Positions 49,336 through 60,626 of a stretch of 64,000 nucleotides of DNA are shown here, piece by piece. The DNA is from Neocallimastix sp. 'constans'. Its lineage: Eukaryota. The notes beneath the pieces were generated by a model. The model saw nothing but the letters and a program-made list of their open reading frames with translations. It was not told the origin of the DNA and did no database searches. Numbering within the stretch: position 1 is the stretch's first letter; each line of letters starts with the position of its first letter. Both the position numbers and the translations under genes were made by a program. The stretch is taken from the NCBI GenBank assembly GCA_050613775.1, contig JBODTK010000150.1, forward strand, positions 124,001 through 188,000, read 5' to 3'.

Positions 49336-49345
49336 TGAAATTTTG

Positions 49346-50303
49346 TGTAAGAAATAATAATTATTTACTAATAAATAATTATTATTTCTTAGTCTTTATA
49401 ATTATTGATAATAATTATAAATTTATTTAAATTATAATTAATTCATACATTGAGATATTATTATCAAATTTATTATAATTGTAATTATTCATACACTTAA
49501 ATAATATTAGAAAATTTATTTAAATAATTATTATGTGTACACTTATTAATATTATTAATTTTATTTAGTTATTCATTTAATTATCAAGTTAATGTAAACA
49601 TTAGTTTTATTTATTTTTTACATTGTACATTTAAAAGAACAATTAATAAGTTTCTGTATTTTTTATAATTCTGTATTCTAGTTTAAAGATAGGTTTAGAT
49701 TAGATTTTAAAAATAATATTTAGAAAAATAGAATAATTTAGATCATTCCGGTTATTATTGATTTTTCCTTTTATTTGATGATCTAAATTAAAATTTAGGA
49801 AATCGATATATTAAGGTTTTATCCAAATATAAAATAATATATTTGGTTTTACTTAATATATACGATGATCGATATGAATAGAATATCGATCAAAAAACTT
49901 ATCTAGTTTTTTCTTCTAATCTTTTTCTAGATAAGATATTTTTTAAGATTAGAAAACCCTTTTTATTTAACCTTATTTCCATAAAAAAATATAAATAAGG
50001 CTCTTGATTTCCCTTTAAGAAATCAAGAGTTATTATTATAAAAATATAGTTATAATAATAGCAATTTTATATCTTAAACTTTAATAAATTAATAAAACAT
50101 TTTATTCAAAAACATATTTTTTAAACCAAATCTATCCAAATATTCCTTCTTTTACTTTTTGTGTTGTTATTATAATTAATTTTATAATAAACTCTTTTTT
50201 AGGTAAAATTTTTATTTTTATTTTATTTCTCAACTTCATGAATTAGTCATTAAGTTGAAGTTAATAATCATATTTAGTAATAGAACTTAGTATGATTATT
50301 ACA
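49346..50303. mobile_element. Solo LTR (unit 18), TGTAA..TTACA family
   Basis: 5-bp TSD ttttg (49341-45, 50304-08). Confidence 0.85.
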
Positions 50304-50306
50304 TTT

Positions 50307-51226
50307 TGTTAAGGAATGAACAAATAATGTTAATTTTATTATTTTTCATAAAAATAACTTAACCACTAAAATTAAATTATTTATTTCCTTACTTGGGGAA
50401 CTTTCTTATGTTCTATTACTGCCAAATTATTACTAATATTAAATTTATTATTATTAATATAAATTCTTTATTAATATCAATACTTTATTATTAAAATTAA
50501 TATGATATTATTAATATCAATATTATTATCAATATCTAGTTTTATTAATATGATTTATTCTATCAATATTTTATTATTAAAGAAAATTTTATTTTACAAA
50601 TATTACCAATACAGATTATTTATTATTAATAAAAATTAATATAATTAATAATGATTTAAAAATATTTTACTTAAATCCATGATCCTTGTCATTAAAATTA
50701 GTAATACTTCCTTCCAAAATACACCCTATTTATAATAAGATTAATAATAGATAATAATCTAAAATACTTTTATTTAAAAATAGTATAAAATTAAATAATA
50801 CTCTATTACTAATAGTTCTGTAAAAGTAATAAAATTATTTTTAAAATATATTATCACTACAATTAATAATAAATAGTTTAGAATTTAATAATATGTAATA
50901 ATTATTTATTATAATAAAATAGATTATGAATTTATAATTTAAATACAATTCAAACATGTAACTCTAAGATATTCTAAAGAAATGGCTTGACCATTTCTAA
51001 CGATAAAAAAAAATATAAATAGATGAGAAAATTGTATTTTAGAAAAATAATCTGAAAAAAATATAATCTTATTAAAGAAATTAATTTATTTTTAGTTTTT
51101 AATTGAATAATTTTTATTAAATAAATAAATAAAATATTTTAAAAAAAGATATATTTTAATTTTTAATTTTTTTTTATTTTAGTGTTTATTTCTATATTTA
51201 TTATTATTCTGTCCCGAACCTCAACA
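50307..51226 (+). mobile_element. Solo LTR (unit 19, most distal of the left stack)
   Basis: TGTTAAGG...CGAACCTCAACA; 3' end and aaagaaatggctt.accatttcta motif shared with the B-family LTR. Confidence 0.82.
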
Positions 51227-51244
51227 ATTTTAGGATTCGTTACA

Positions 51245-51988
51245 TTGGCACTTTAAAGTAACTGGATCATTAATGAAATTCTTTAAAATGTTTTTATTAT
51301 TAGTTATATGTTCTCCGGCTCCAGAATCATATAACCATTGTGTTTTTTCATCTTCGTTTATATGAAGAATATTATTTAATGAATTTAAATATTCTGTAAC
51401 TCTAGGAACCTTAATTTCTGATTGTTTTGAATTAATACAACTATTATTGTTTACTTTTTCTTCATTATTATTACTTAATTCATAATTTTTGTCACAGAAG
51501 TTTATTAAACAAGTTGATTTCATATTTTCACTAGTATTTTGATCATTAGATGTGGATGGTTTATCAAGATATGGTCTAATTTGGTCAAAGTTTACTTCAT
51601 AATTATATTCATTATTTAAATTAGCATCACTTACGTAACCAATATATCTCTTGCTGTTATATTTTTTATTTCTATTGTAATTTTCATTATTACCCTTCTT
51701 ATTTTCATTATAGTATTTATTAAATTTGCTATTCGGGTTTTTCGGGTTAAAATAGCATTCTTTTGTATCATGATTATTCATGTCACAAATATAGCAATAT
51801 TTATCTTTTTCTTCTTTTCCCTTTTTGGTATTTCTCTCATGTTCTTTGTTATTGCTATCATATTTTTGTGTTTTATTAATTCTTCTATTTTGTTTTCCTT
51901 TACCGTTAAATTTTCCAGTGTAGTCGATATCCATTGGGTCATCATGAGTTTCTTCTTTAGTAGTGTTCCCCAATTATTAAAGTAATTC
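51245..51988 (-). pseudogene. Ty1/Copia gag-protease fragment
   Basis: DPMDID, zinc knuckle CYICDMNNHDTKEC, copia protease motif WLYDSGAGEHIT; truncated at both ends by 17-bp inverted repeats. Confidence 0.85.
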
Positions 51989-53008
51989 TGTAACGAATCT
52001 TAAAAATGTTAAGGTTCGGAGAGAGGGAAAAATAAAAATAAGTATTAATATAAACAACAAAAAAAATAAACAAACAAGAAAATTAATAAACAAAATAAAT
52101 TTTTGTTTTTATAAATCCTTTATTAAATTTTTTTTTATTTAAAAAAAATTACAATATTAAATTACAATATAAAAAATACAATTTTTTTTACTGTTATTTA
52201 TATTTTTTTTTTTTCTTAAAATAATAGAAATGGTAAAGCCATTTCTTTGTATAATAAAAATTAATTATTAAATATTTTATATTAATTTTTTATTATTAAT
52301 ATAATTATTATTTAACTTATAATAAATAATACTTATATATTAATCTATTACTAATTATTTATTACTAATCTACTTAATTATATATTTTAAAAGACAAATT
52401 TTTTTATTTTACAGAAGTTAATTCTGTGGTTTAGTAATATTTATTTAATCCTAAAGTTTAATTTTACTAAGTTTAGAAAAATAATATTATTTAAATTATT
52501 AATATAAAAATTATAATCATTTCATCAAATTTATAATATAATATTTATAATAAAACATATAATAATAATATAATTATTTCCTTTTATGTTTAATCTTTTA
52601 TTAGTAATCATTAATACAATTTTTTTAATTTGGAATTTTCCAAAGAAATAATTGATATTGATAAGTTTAATATTAATAAAAGAAATATTGATAAGATTTT
52701 GATAAACTATAAAGAAAATTGATAAAATAAACTATATAATATTGATAAGGATTTTAATAATAATAAAATATAGATAAGAATAATAAAGGTAGTATAGATA
52801 AGGAATTAATTTTAAATATACTTTTTTAAATAGTATAATTTAATTTGTACTAATTAGGAATATAGATTAATTTATTAGAATATAGAAAGTTCCAAAAGAA
52901 TAAAGAATCAAATAATTTGTTTAAGGGTTAAATGAATCATTTAAGATGCATAACCAAAAGAACATTATTTGGGCATTCTTTATCAAGATGCCCCCACTAA
53001 GACTCAAG

Positions 53009-56000
53009 CTATACAGAAGCTGAGTTAAACTTTACTATATTCTTTAAATGGACATTGCGGTTCATTTGGATTCCAGATTTAGGGTCCACAAGAGTTACCG
53101 TATTGAATTGTTTCTTTAATACTTGAAGGGGTCCAACAAAATATGGTTCAAGTTTGGTTCTAGAAAAATTTCGGACTAAGACTAAGTCTCCAGGCCTAAT
53201 ATTTTTAGCTTGATTCATGCTGTTCTTGCTTTCTCTTCTATTGGCCCAATATTTATTCGCATTTTTCACATTTGCAGCGGCTTCTGTTGTCCATAAGTAG
53301 TGGTTAACAAACTTTTCGAGTAAGATCTCATCAGATGACTTGTTTATTCCTATAGTAGGTCTTGCAGCGATATCGAAAGGTTGCTGGTCTTCTCTTCCAT
53401 ATACCAGCTCGAAACTTGAATGATTAGTGACAGAATTCTTGGTAGTACGAAGGGCCCATAAAGCAGAAGGTAGTACTTCATCCCATTCCTTGTGCTTTTC
53501 ACTTAGAAGTCGAAGTAATTTTCCTATCTCTTTGTTTCTATTCTCTGTGAGTCCATTAGTTTCAGGGTGATAAGTGGTACTAAATTTCACGTATACATCA
53601 TAGAGATCGAGGAATATCTTGGTCATATCGGAAGTAAATTGGACACCATTGTCCGTAGTAATCACTTGAGGTACTCCATGGCGTGCAAAAACATTGATAA
53701 GGAATTTTATAACTTCTTTAGAGGTTACATTTTCTGTAGGTTCGGCTTCAACCCACTTGGTGAAATAATCGACTACCACCATAATATATTGATTGTTGTT
53801 GGAAGTTTTCTCTAAAGGTCCAATTATATCAAGACCAAGGTGAGTAAAGGGTCCTTCCACTTCAGTTGGAATATCTTCTGTTGGTTTTGGATATGGTTGA
53901 GGTTTATTCAATTGGCACTTTTCACATTTAGCTATAATCCTCTTAATGTCGTTTACCATACCATTCCAGTAATAGCTTTTCCTAAGTCGTTGATAAGTTT
54001 TGTGATAACCTTCATGACCGATTTGGTGGGCTTCTAGAATTAGCTTTAATTTTTCGTTAAGATCAGTAACTAATTTTCGGTAGATATTTCCATCTATGAA
54101 ATATTCAACACCATCGATTATAGTAAACTTTTCTTCAATAAATTCTTTTACTACTTTAGATAAAAGAGATTCGTCGACTTCTTTTGTAATTTTGGTAACT
54201 AATACCTTCTTGTCAGTGTCATTCTTCATTCTTGATAGGGCATCTGCAATAACATTCTTTTTACCTGATTCATAGCAGATTTCAACCCCCAAAAGGTTAG
54301 CAGCCATGCACCATCTAGTTTGTCTAGCATTTGTTGGTTCTTTCTTGTTGAACAGTCCGACTAAGGGTTTATGGTCTGTATATATAATAGTTTTATGAGG
54401 ATTTCCCATTATATATGATTTGAATTTAGTTAAGCAGTAGAATAAGGCTGTTCCTTCTAAATCAGTTATTCCGTAATTTTTCTCACTTTTGGTTAGTGTT
54501 CGACTCGTATAATGAATTGGGTGTTCTTTGTTAGTTTCTTCATTCTTTTGTAGTAGTACACCACCTACTCCATCATAGGACGCATCAGTTCTTATAATAA
54601 ACTCTTTATTGAAAGAAGGGAATTTTAGAATTGGGGCATTCATTAATTTTTCCTTAAGCATTTTAAAGCTTTTCTCTTGTTCATCTTTCCATTGGTACTT
54701 AACACCTTTTCGCAATAACTTACAAAGAGGAGCTGTGATCTGTGCATATTTATCGATAAAAGTTCTGTAGTATCCAATTGCTCCTAAGAAGGATCGTAAT
54801 TCATGGAGATCAGTAGGTGCTATCCATTTTTTAATAGCTTCTATTTTGCTATCCAGAGGACTTAAGCCTTTGTCAGATACCTTGTGACCTAGAACTTCTA
54901 CTTCAGATTGCATGAAAGAACATTTTTCAATGTTGATCTTGAGTTTATGTTCCTTGAATACGTCTAATACTTTCTTAATGTGATCGAGATGTTCTTCAAC
55001 TGTTTTTGAATAGATCAAAATATCGTCAATGAAGTTAAAAACAAATTCACCAATGTAAGGAAAGAGAATCTTATTCATTTCTCTTTGGAAGGTAGCAGGA
55101 GCTCCAGTTAATCCGAAAGGCATTACCTTGAATTGGTAATTACCAAACTTAGTAGTAAAACTGGTTACTTCAACGCTTTCTTCATCCATTAGTATTTGAT
55201 GGTAACCAGAATAGAGATCCATTGTAGTAAAAATTTTGGCTCCATCTAAGCTATCGAAAATTTCATCAATATTTGGCAAAGAGTAGGAGTCTTTAATGGT
55301 AACATCATTTACTTTTCGGTAGTCGATACACATTCTCCACTTTCCATTATGTTTAGGAACTAAAACTACTGGTGAGGACCACTCTGAATACGACGGTTCA
55401 ATTAGTTTCTTATTGATCAATTTGGTAAGTTCTTCTTTTAGAATATCAGATTTATATTTGGTTACTCTATAATATTTCTGTTTAATTGGTTTTACACCAG
55501 GTTTTAATCTAATTTTATGTGGGGATAAGTCAGAAGGAGTTAATTCTTCAGATGAGGTGGCTATAATTACTAAATAATCCTCAAGCAGTTGTATAATTTG
55601 TTCTCTGAACATTTTATTAAGGGTGTCAGTGAACTTTTCGTTATGAATATATTCTTTAGGAGGTAAACCTTCTATTTTCTTAAGATCGTTGTTGTTTTCA
55701 TCAGGTATTGCTTTTAATACACACATTAATTTTTCTTCTTCATCATAAGTGTTGTTAATTGGAGCTATCACATCAATAAGTCCATTATCATTCATATAAC
55801 AGAGACTATACAATGTTGGATGGATAAATAATTTATAATCTACTAAAGTTTTTAAATTAATAAGAATATCATAGAACGGGTCTTCTTTATCAACTACTCT
55901 GCATTTAGCTATCATTTCAAAGTTATTAATTTTTAAGGGAATTTGGACAATGTAATCTTCTGAGTATTCTTCATTTTGGGTAGCTAATCGAATTCTACCG

Positions 56001-56899
56001 CAACTAACATCGATAGGTTCATAAGTTGTAGGAAGTTTATCCAAAAATTGCTGTGTTACGATATTAAGGTTACTACAGGAGTCCATTAAAGCTTTTCCTT
56101 TTACTCCATCTACCTCAACGTCTACCATTGCGATATCATCTTCATTAGGTTCTATATTCTTACTCTTATATGTATGATCAATATTATTTACTAAGATAGT
56201 CGTAGCACAAACATTGTTTACAGCACCAGAAATTTTTGTTTGGTCTTTTTCAAATTTTAAGCCTTGTATGACTTTGGTCTTTACTTTTGGAGACACATCT
56301 AGTAGTTGGGCTAAGGTAATATTACATTTGATGTTATTCAGATCTTCAATAACATCATAAGGTTTTTGATTCGCAATCATTTGAAGAATTCTTGGTACTC
56401 TTGCAGTTTTGGTTATAGAAGATTTATTCTTAATTTTATCATTCACCAATTTTGTTAAAGTTTGTTCTGTTGTATTATCAGGAGTATTATTTGAAGTAAT
56501 ATCAATAATATTATTAGTTTCTGATTTGTCAATTTCAATAGTTTTAACTTGTCTTTTTGAAGTATTAGCTCGTTCTTTATCACGTAGCTCTTTTTCTTTT
56601 TCTTTTTCCTTATTAATTAAAGGTTGCGTAAGTATTGATGGGTGAATCTGACTCCGAGTTGATTTTTGCTTTGGGTTTTCCATTAGTTCATTTTCTTTTT
56701 TCTTTCTTAATGCAGGTGTTGCAATTGGTCTAGGATTATCTTTAAGACTTCGATGTATTTTCTTTCCTGGACTAGATTCTAGTTTGTCATCTTTTTTTCG
56801 TTTAATTGCAGCGCATAAATAACTTTCATTTTCTTCTAAGTCAGATTTACTTACTTTTTCAGTATGAAATTCTTCTTCATTTTCTGATTCTGATTCCAT
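53009..56899 (-). CDS. pol: Pol of element B (expressed as Gag-Pol by -1 frameshift from 57013)
   Basis: Uninterrupted PR-RT-RH-IN; frame is open upstream to the slippery site. Confidence 0.94.
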   Translation of the reverse strand: MESESENEEEFHTEKVSKSDLEENESYLCAAIKRKKDDKLESSPGKKIHRSLKDNPRPIATPALRKKKENELMENPKQKSTRSQIHPSILTQPLINKEKEKEKELRDKERANTSKRQVKTIEIDKSETNNIIDITSNNTPDNTTEQTLTKLVNDKIKNKSSITKTARVPRILQMIANQKPYDVIEDLNNIKCNITLAQLLDVSPKVKTKVIQGLKFEKDQTKISGAVNNVCATTILVNNIDHTYKSKNIEPNEDDIAMVDVEVDGVKGKALMDSCSNLNIVTQQFLDKLPTTYEPIDVSCGRIRLATQNEEYSEDYIVQIPLKINNFEMIAKCRVVDKEDPFYDILINLKTLVDYKLFIHPTLYSLCYMNDNGLIDVIAPINNTYDEEEKLMCVLKAIPDENNNDLKKIEGLPPKEYIHNEKFTDTLNKMFREQIIQLLEDYLVIIATSSEELTPSDLSPHKIRLKPGVKPIKQKYYRVTKYKSDILKEELTKLINKKLIEPSYSEWSSPVVLVPKHNGKWRMCIDYRKVNDVTIKDSYSLPNIDEIFDSLDGAKIFTTMDLYSGYHQILMDEESVEVTSFTTKFGNYQFKVMPFGLTGAPATFQREMNKILFPYIGEFVFNFIDDILIYSKTVEEHLDHIKKVLDVFKEHKLKINIEKCSFMQSEVEVLGHKVSDKGLSPLDSKIEAIKKWIAPTDLHELRSFLGAIGYYRTFIDKYAQITAPLCKLLRKGVKYQWKDEQEKSFKMLKEKLMNAPILKFPSFNKEFIIRTDASYDGVGGVLLQKNEETNKEHPIHYTSRTLTKSEKNYGITDLEGTALFYCLTKFKSYIMGNPHKTIIYTDHKPLVGLFNKKEPTNARQTRWCMAANLLGVEICYESGKKNVIADALSRMKNDTDKKVLVTKITKEVDESLLSKVVKEFIEEKFTIIDGVEYFIDGNIYRKLVTDLNEKLKLILEAHQIGHEGYHKTYQRLRKSYYWNGMVNDIKRIIAKCEKCQLNKPQPYPKPTEDIPTEVEGPFTHLGLDIIGPLEKTSNNNQYIMVVVDYFTKWVEAEPTENVTSKEVIKFLINVFARHGVPQVITTDNGVQFTSDMTKIFLDLYDVYVKFSTTYHPETNGLTENRNKEIGKLLRLLSEKHKEWDEVLPSALWALRTTKNSVTNHSSFELVYGREDQQPFDIAARPTIGINKSSDEILLEKFVNHYLWTTEAAANVKNANKYWANRRESKNSMNQAKNIRPGDLVLVRNFSRTKLEPYFVGPLQVLKKQFNTVTLVDPKSGIQMNRNVHLKNIVKFNSASV

Positions 56900-56960
56900 A
56901 CTTATTACTTCTTGAAGGTGATTTTGTTGTGGTTCTTCTAAGGTTGATTGAAATTTGACT

Positions 56961-57013
56961 GAAGCAATTTTATTGACGATGGGAGTGCTTCTTCTCCCTT
57001 TTAGTGATTTAAA
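56961..57013 (-). promoter_or_regulatory. -1 frameshift signal (U UUA AAU plus pseudoknot)
   Basis: Stem GGGAG/CTCCC, loop GAAGCA pairs with TGCTTC; the -1 frame runs into pol. Confidence 0.87.
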
Positions 57014-57939
57014 TTTTTATTTTCGAAATATTCTTGGCGATTTTTATCAACAATCGCTTTAAGCTTAGGACAGTTATTCTGATAATGACCTTTTTCCGTA
57101 CAGAAGAAACATGTACTAATAGTTAAGTTTTTCATTCGTTTTGTTAGATCTTCAACATCTGAATCTTTTACTGGCTTTCTTGGTTCTGAGAAAGATTTCT
57201 GTTTAAATTTCTTTTTATTAAAATTGGAGGGCTTATTATAGTGAGGATAAGTATTTTCGTCTGAATCATAAGCAATTTTAGGAATAAGTCTATCTACTTT
57301 CTCCGCTATTTCAAAGGCTTTATTGAGAGAAATATTATCCTTAAGGGAAACTCTTTTCCATGCCTCTTTATTATTTTGTAATGAGTCGGCATAGTCTAAT
57401 ACACTAATTCGTTTTCTTCTTTTAATATCCAACTTGTGGTAAAGAGTTCGGTAGCGTATATTAAAATCTTTCACTTTTTCGTTCCTTTTAATTTTAAGTG
57501 CACGAAGTTCTCTGAGTAGAACATTTTGATCTTCTTTTAGGCCATAGAATTTTTCTAATTCGTCCACAATTTTGTCTAAACTTGGGAAATTATGAATATT
57601 GTCATCACCGATGTTATTATCTTCGTCATTATCATCATCACTAAAGATATTATCATTTTCCATATCTTGGATGATTTCTCTTATTTCACCGGTAGTAGTC
57701 AAAATACAAGCTATAAATATTGTTTCTGGATCAACCACTTGCTGATATCTGATCCATAATTTTAGTTCAGAGGCCCAGGATTTTATATCTAAGTTGTCTT
57801 TACTAAGTTTTTCTATTCCCTTAAGTTCCTTCTTTAAGTCTTTAAAATTAATTCGACTATTATTTATAGCTACTGGACTGGGAATAGAGGGTGATGCACT
57901 AGACGAGCCACCACTATCAGAAGAAGAGTTTTCCGACAT
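57001..57939 (-). CDS. gag: Gag of element B
   Basis: Zinc knuckle CFFCTEKGHYQNNC; homologous to gag of element A. Confidence 0.9.
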   Translation of the reverse strand: MSENSSSDSGGSSSASPSIPSPVAINNSRINFKDLKKELKGIEKLSKDNLDIKSWASELKLWIRYQQVVDPETIFIACILTTTGEIREIIQDMENDNIFSDDDNDEDNNIGDDNIHNFPSLDKIVDELEKFYGLKEDQNVLLRELRALKIKRNEKVKDFNIRYRTLYHKLDIKRRKRISVLDYADSLQNNKEAWKRVSLKDNISLNKAFEIAEKVDRLIPKIAYDSDENTYPHYNKPSNFNKKKFKQKSFSEPRKPVKDSDVEDLTKRMKNLTISTCFFCTEKGHYQNNCPKLKAIVDKNRQEYFENKNLNH

Positions 57940-60271
57940 GTTTGAATTTATTGAAAGAAGTAGTAATGAATCAAGTAGAGTATACAAGGTTAATAGTTAT
58001 ATTAAAAAAAATATTTTTGTGTTACCAGGTAATAAAGATTTGATTAATAACCTCAATGTATTTTTCTTGAGTAGTAGAGTTTTATTTTTTTATAATAAAT
58101 TAGCCAAAAGTTATCAATTTAATTATTTTGAATAAGTAGTAAACAATGGATTCAACAACCAAATAAATTTAAGATATAAACTAGCGTCAACTTGACCACC
58201 AAATATATCAATTCGTAGAATAGTTAAGCTCGAATTCCCCTTCGACCCACTTAACGATGAAAATATATTAATAATTTACTAGTTGAGCTCGAATTCCTCT
58301 TCGACCCACTCAACAGAATTTTTTTTTTTTATTTGAATTTACTTAAATTTATTTTTTTTTATTTAGAAGCTTATTTTTATAAAAAAAAAAATTAATTTAA
58401 TATTGTTATTATCAAGTTGAATTACCGACCAAGTTATATTATAAACTACTAGCTTATGGGTCTTTCGTCCGATAATATTCATTCCGTCACCTTATTCACG
58501 TGATCTATGTTCCGTCACACGCTTCAGGATCTTAATATTACCCCTACTATCCCCCTCTTGACAGCTAGTAAGGCTTGTTTATGCTGAATATAACTTGTTT
58601 AATTCAATCTTGATAAGAAAAGAATATTTCAATTATCAATATTAAATTAAACAAAGTAGCTTCCTCAAATGTTCTTTTTCAATTCTATTTAAAATTTTTG
58701 GATATTTATTAGAATAAAAATATTATTAATATTATTATTTGTATTATAAAAAAAAATTTTTTTTTTTATTTATTACTCTAAAAAAAAAGTTAAAATTTAA
58801 ATTATAAAATACTTAAAAAAAAAAATTAAATTTTATCATTAATTAATTATTTCTTGAACAACGGCATTTCCGGAAATTTTCCGTACTTAAAACAGAACGT
58901 AGAGTGGTAGTATGTAAGTCAACCCAGCTCGCCTATTACGGCTTCATGTGGTGCTTACACCAGGCGCTTCTGCTTACTATTAAACAGAACGACCAGAGCT
59001 TAAGAATAATTGTCACTACAATTAATTCTTAAGAGTAATTAACCCGAAAACCCTCTACTTCTTGAGTTCTGAGATAAGTACGCTTCTAAATCGTACTAAC
59101 TCCAATGCCCAAGAAAAATAAAAAAGATAAAATTTAAAATTTATTCGAAGCTTCACGGATAATATAAATTATCTAACACTTCGAAATATAAAAAAAAATT
59201 GTTTTTTTAAGAAAAATATATTTATTTTAATATTATTTATATTATCTTATTTTTAATTTTATTCTCCCCGATATCTCCACCAAATTTTATGTTAAGGTTC
59301 GGAGAGAGGGAAAAATAAAAATAAGTATTAATATAAACAACAAAAAAAATAAACAAACAAGAAAATTAATAAACAAAATAAATTTTTGTTTTTATAAATC
59401 CTTTATTAAATTTTTTTTTATTTAAAAAAAATTACAATATTAAATTACAATATAAAAAATACAATTTTTTTTACTGTTATTTATATTTTTTTTTTTCTTA
59501 AAATAATAGAAATGGTAAAGCCATTTCTTTGTATAATAAAAATTAATTATTAAATATTTTATATTAATTTTTTATTATTAATATAATTATTATTTAACTT
59601 ATAATAAATAATACTTATATATTAATCTATTACTAATTATTTATTACTAATCTACTTAATTATATATTTTAAAAGACAAATTTTTTTATTTTACAGAAGT
59701 TAATTCTGTGGTTTAGTAATATTTATTTAATCCTAAAGTTTAATTTTACTAAGTTTAGAAAAATAATATTATTTAAATTATTAATATAAAAATTATAATC
59801 ATTTCATCAAATTTATAATATAATATTTATAATAAAACATATAATAATAATATAATTATTTCCTTTTATGTTTAATCTTTTATTAGTAATCATTAATACA
59901 ATTTTTTTAATTTGGAATTTTCCAAAGAAATAATTGATATTGATAAGTTTAATATTAATAAAAGAAATATTGATAAGATTTTGATAAACTATAAAGAAAA
60001 TTGATAAAATAAACTATATAATATTGATAAGGATTTTAATAATAATAAAATATAGATAAGAATAATAAAGGTAGTATAGATAAGGAATTAATTTTAAATA
60101 TACTTTTTTAAATAGTATAATTTAATTTGTACTAATTAGGAATATAGATTAATTTATTAGAATATAGAAAGTTCCAAAAGAATAAAGAATCAAATAATTT
60201 GTTTAAGGGTTAAATGAATCATTTAAGATGCATAACCAAAAGAACATTATTTGGGCATTCTTTATCAAAAA

Positions 60272-60575
60272 TGTTAAGGTTTTAGAGAATTAAATAAAAA
60301 TAAAGTAAGGAAACACAAATTTTATTTATTTATTTATTATTTTTATTTATAAATTTATTTGATTTTATTTGATGATATTTAAAAATTAGTAGCAAAATTT
60401 ACAACTATTTATACTTTTTTTTCAAGGCATAAAAGTTGTTCTTGCCACTAAATTACATTTTATTATTATTTTTCTTTTTATATATAAAAACTATTAAATT
60501 TAAATTGATTTTTATAATCAATTATATAAAATTTAATTATAACAATATAAATAAAATACATTTATAATATTAATA

Positions 60576-60626
<51 letters not shown>

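Larger units (their letters stand above)
52007..60267 (-). mobile_element. Full-length, apparently intact Ty3/Gypsy LTR retrotransposon B
   Basis: Near-identical ~978-bp LTRs 52007-52985 and 59290-60267, PBS 59265-59282, PPT near 52991, TSD aaaa (tttt on minus). Confidence 0.96.

Noticed and set aside
17598..51226. CRISPR array or integron interpretation of the polarised array
   Set aside because: Eukaryotic context; units are 0.4-9 kb LTR elements with TG..CA ends and TSDs; no cas or integron integrase. The analogy is only to polarised growth.
53567..58135. Antisense ORFs within gag/pol (also 35563-36059, 37499-37684, 51770-51985, 10675-11143)
   Set aside because: Shadow ORFs opposite real coding sequence; not conserved between elements A, B and C.
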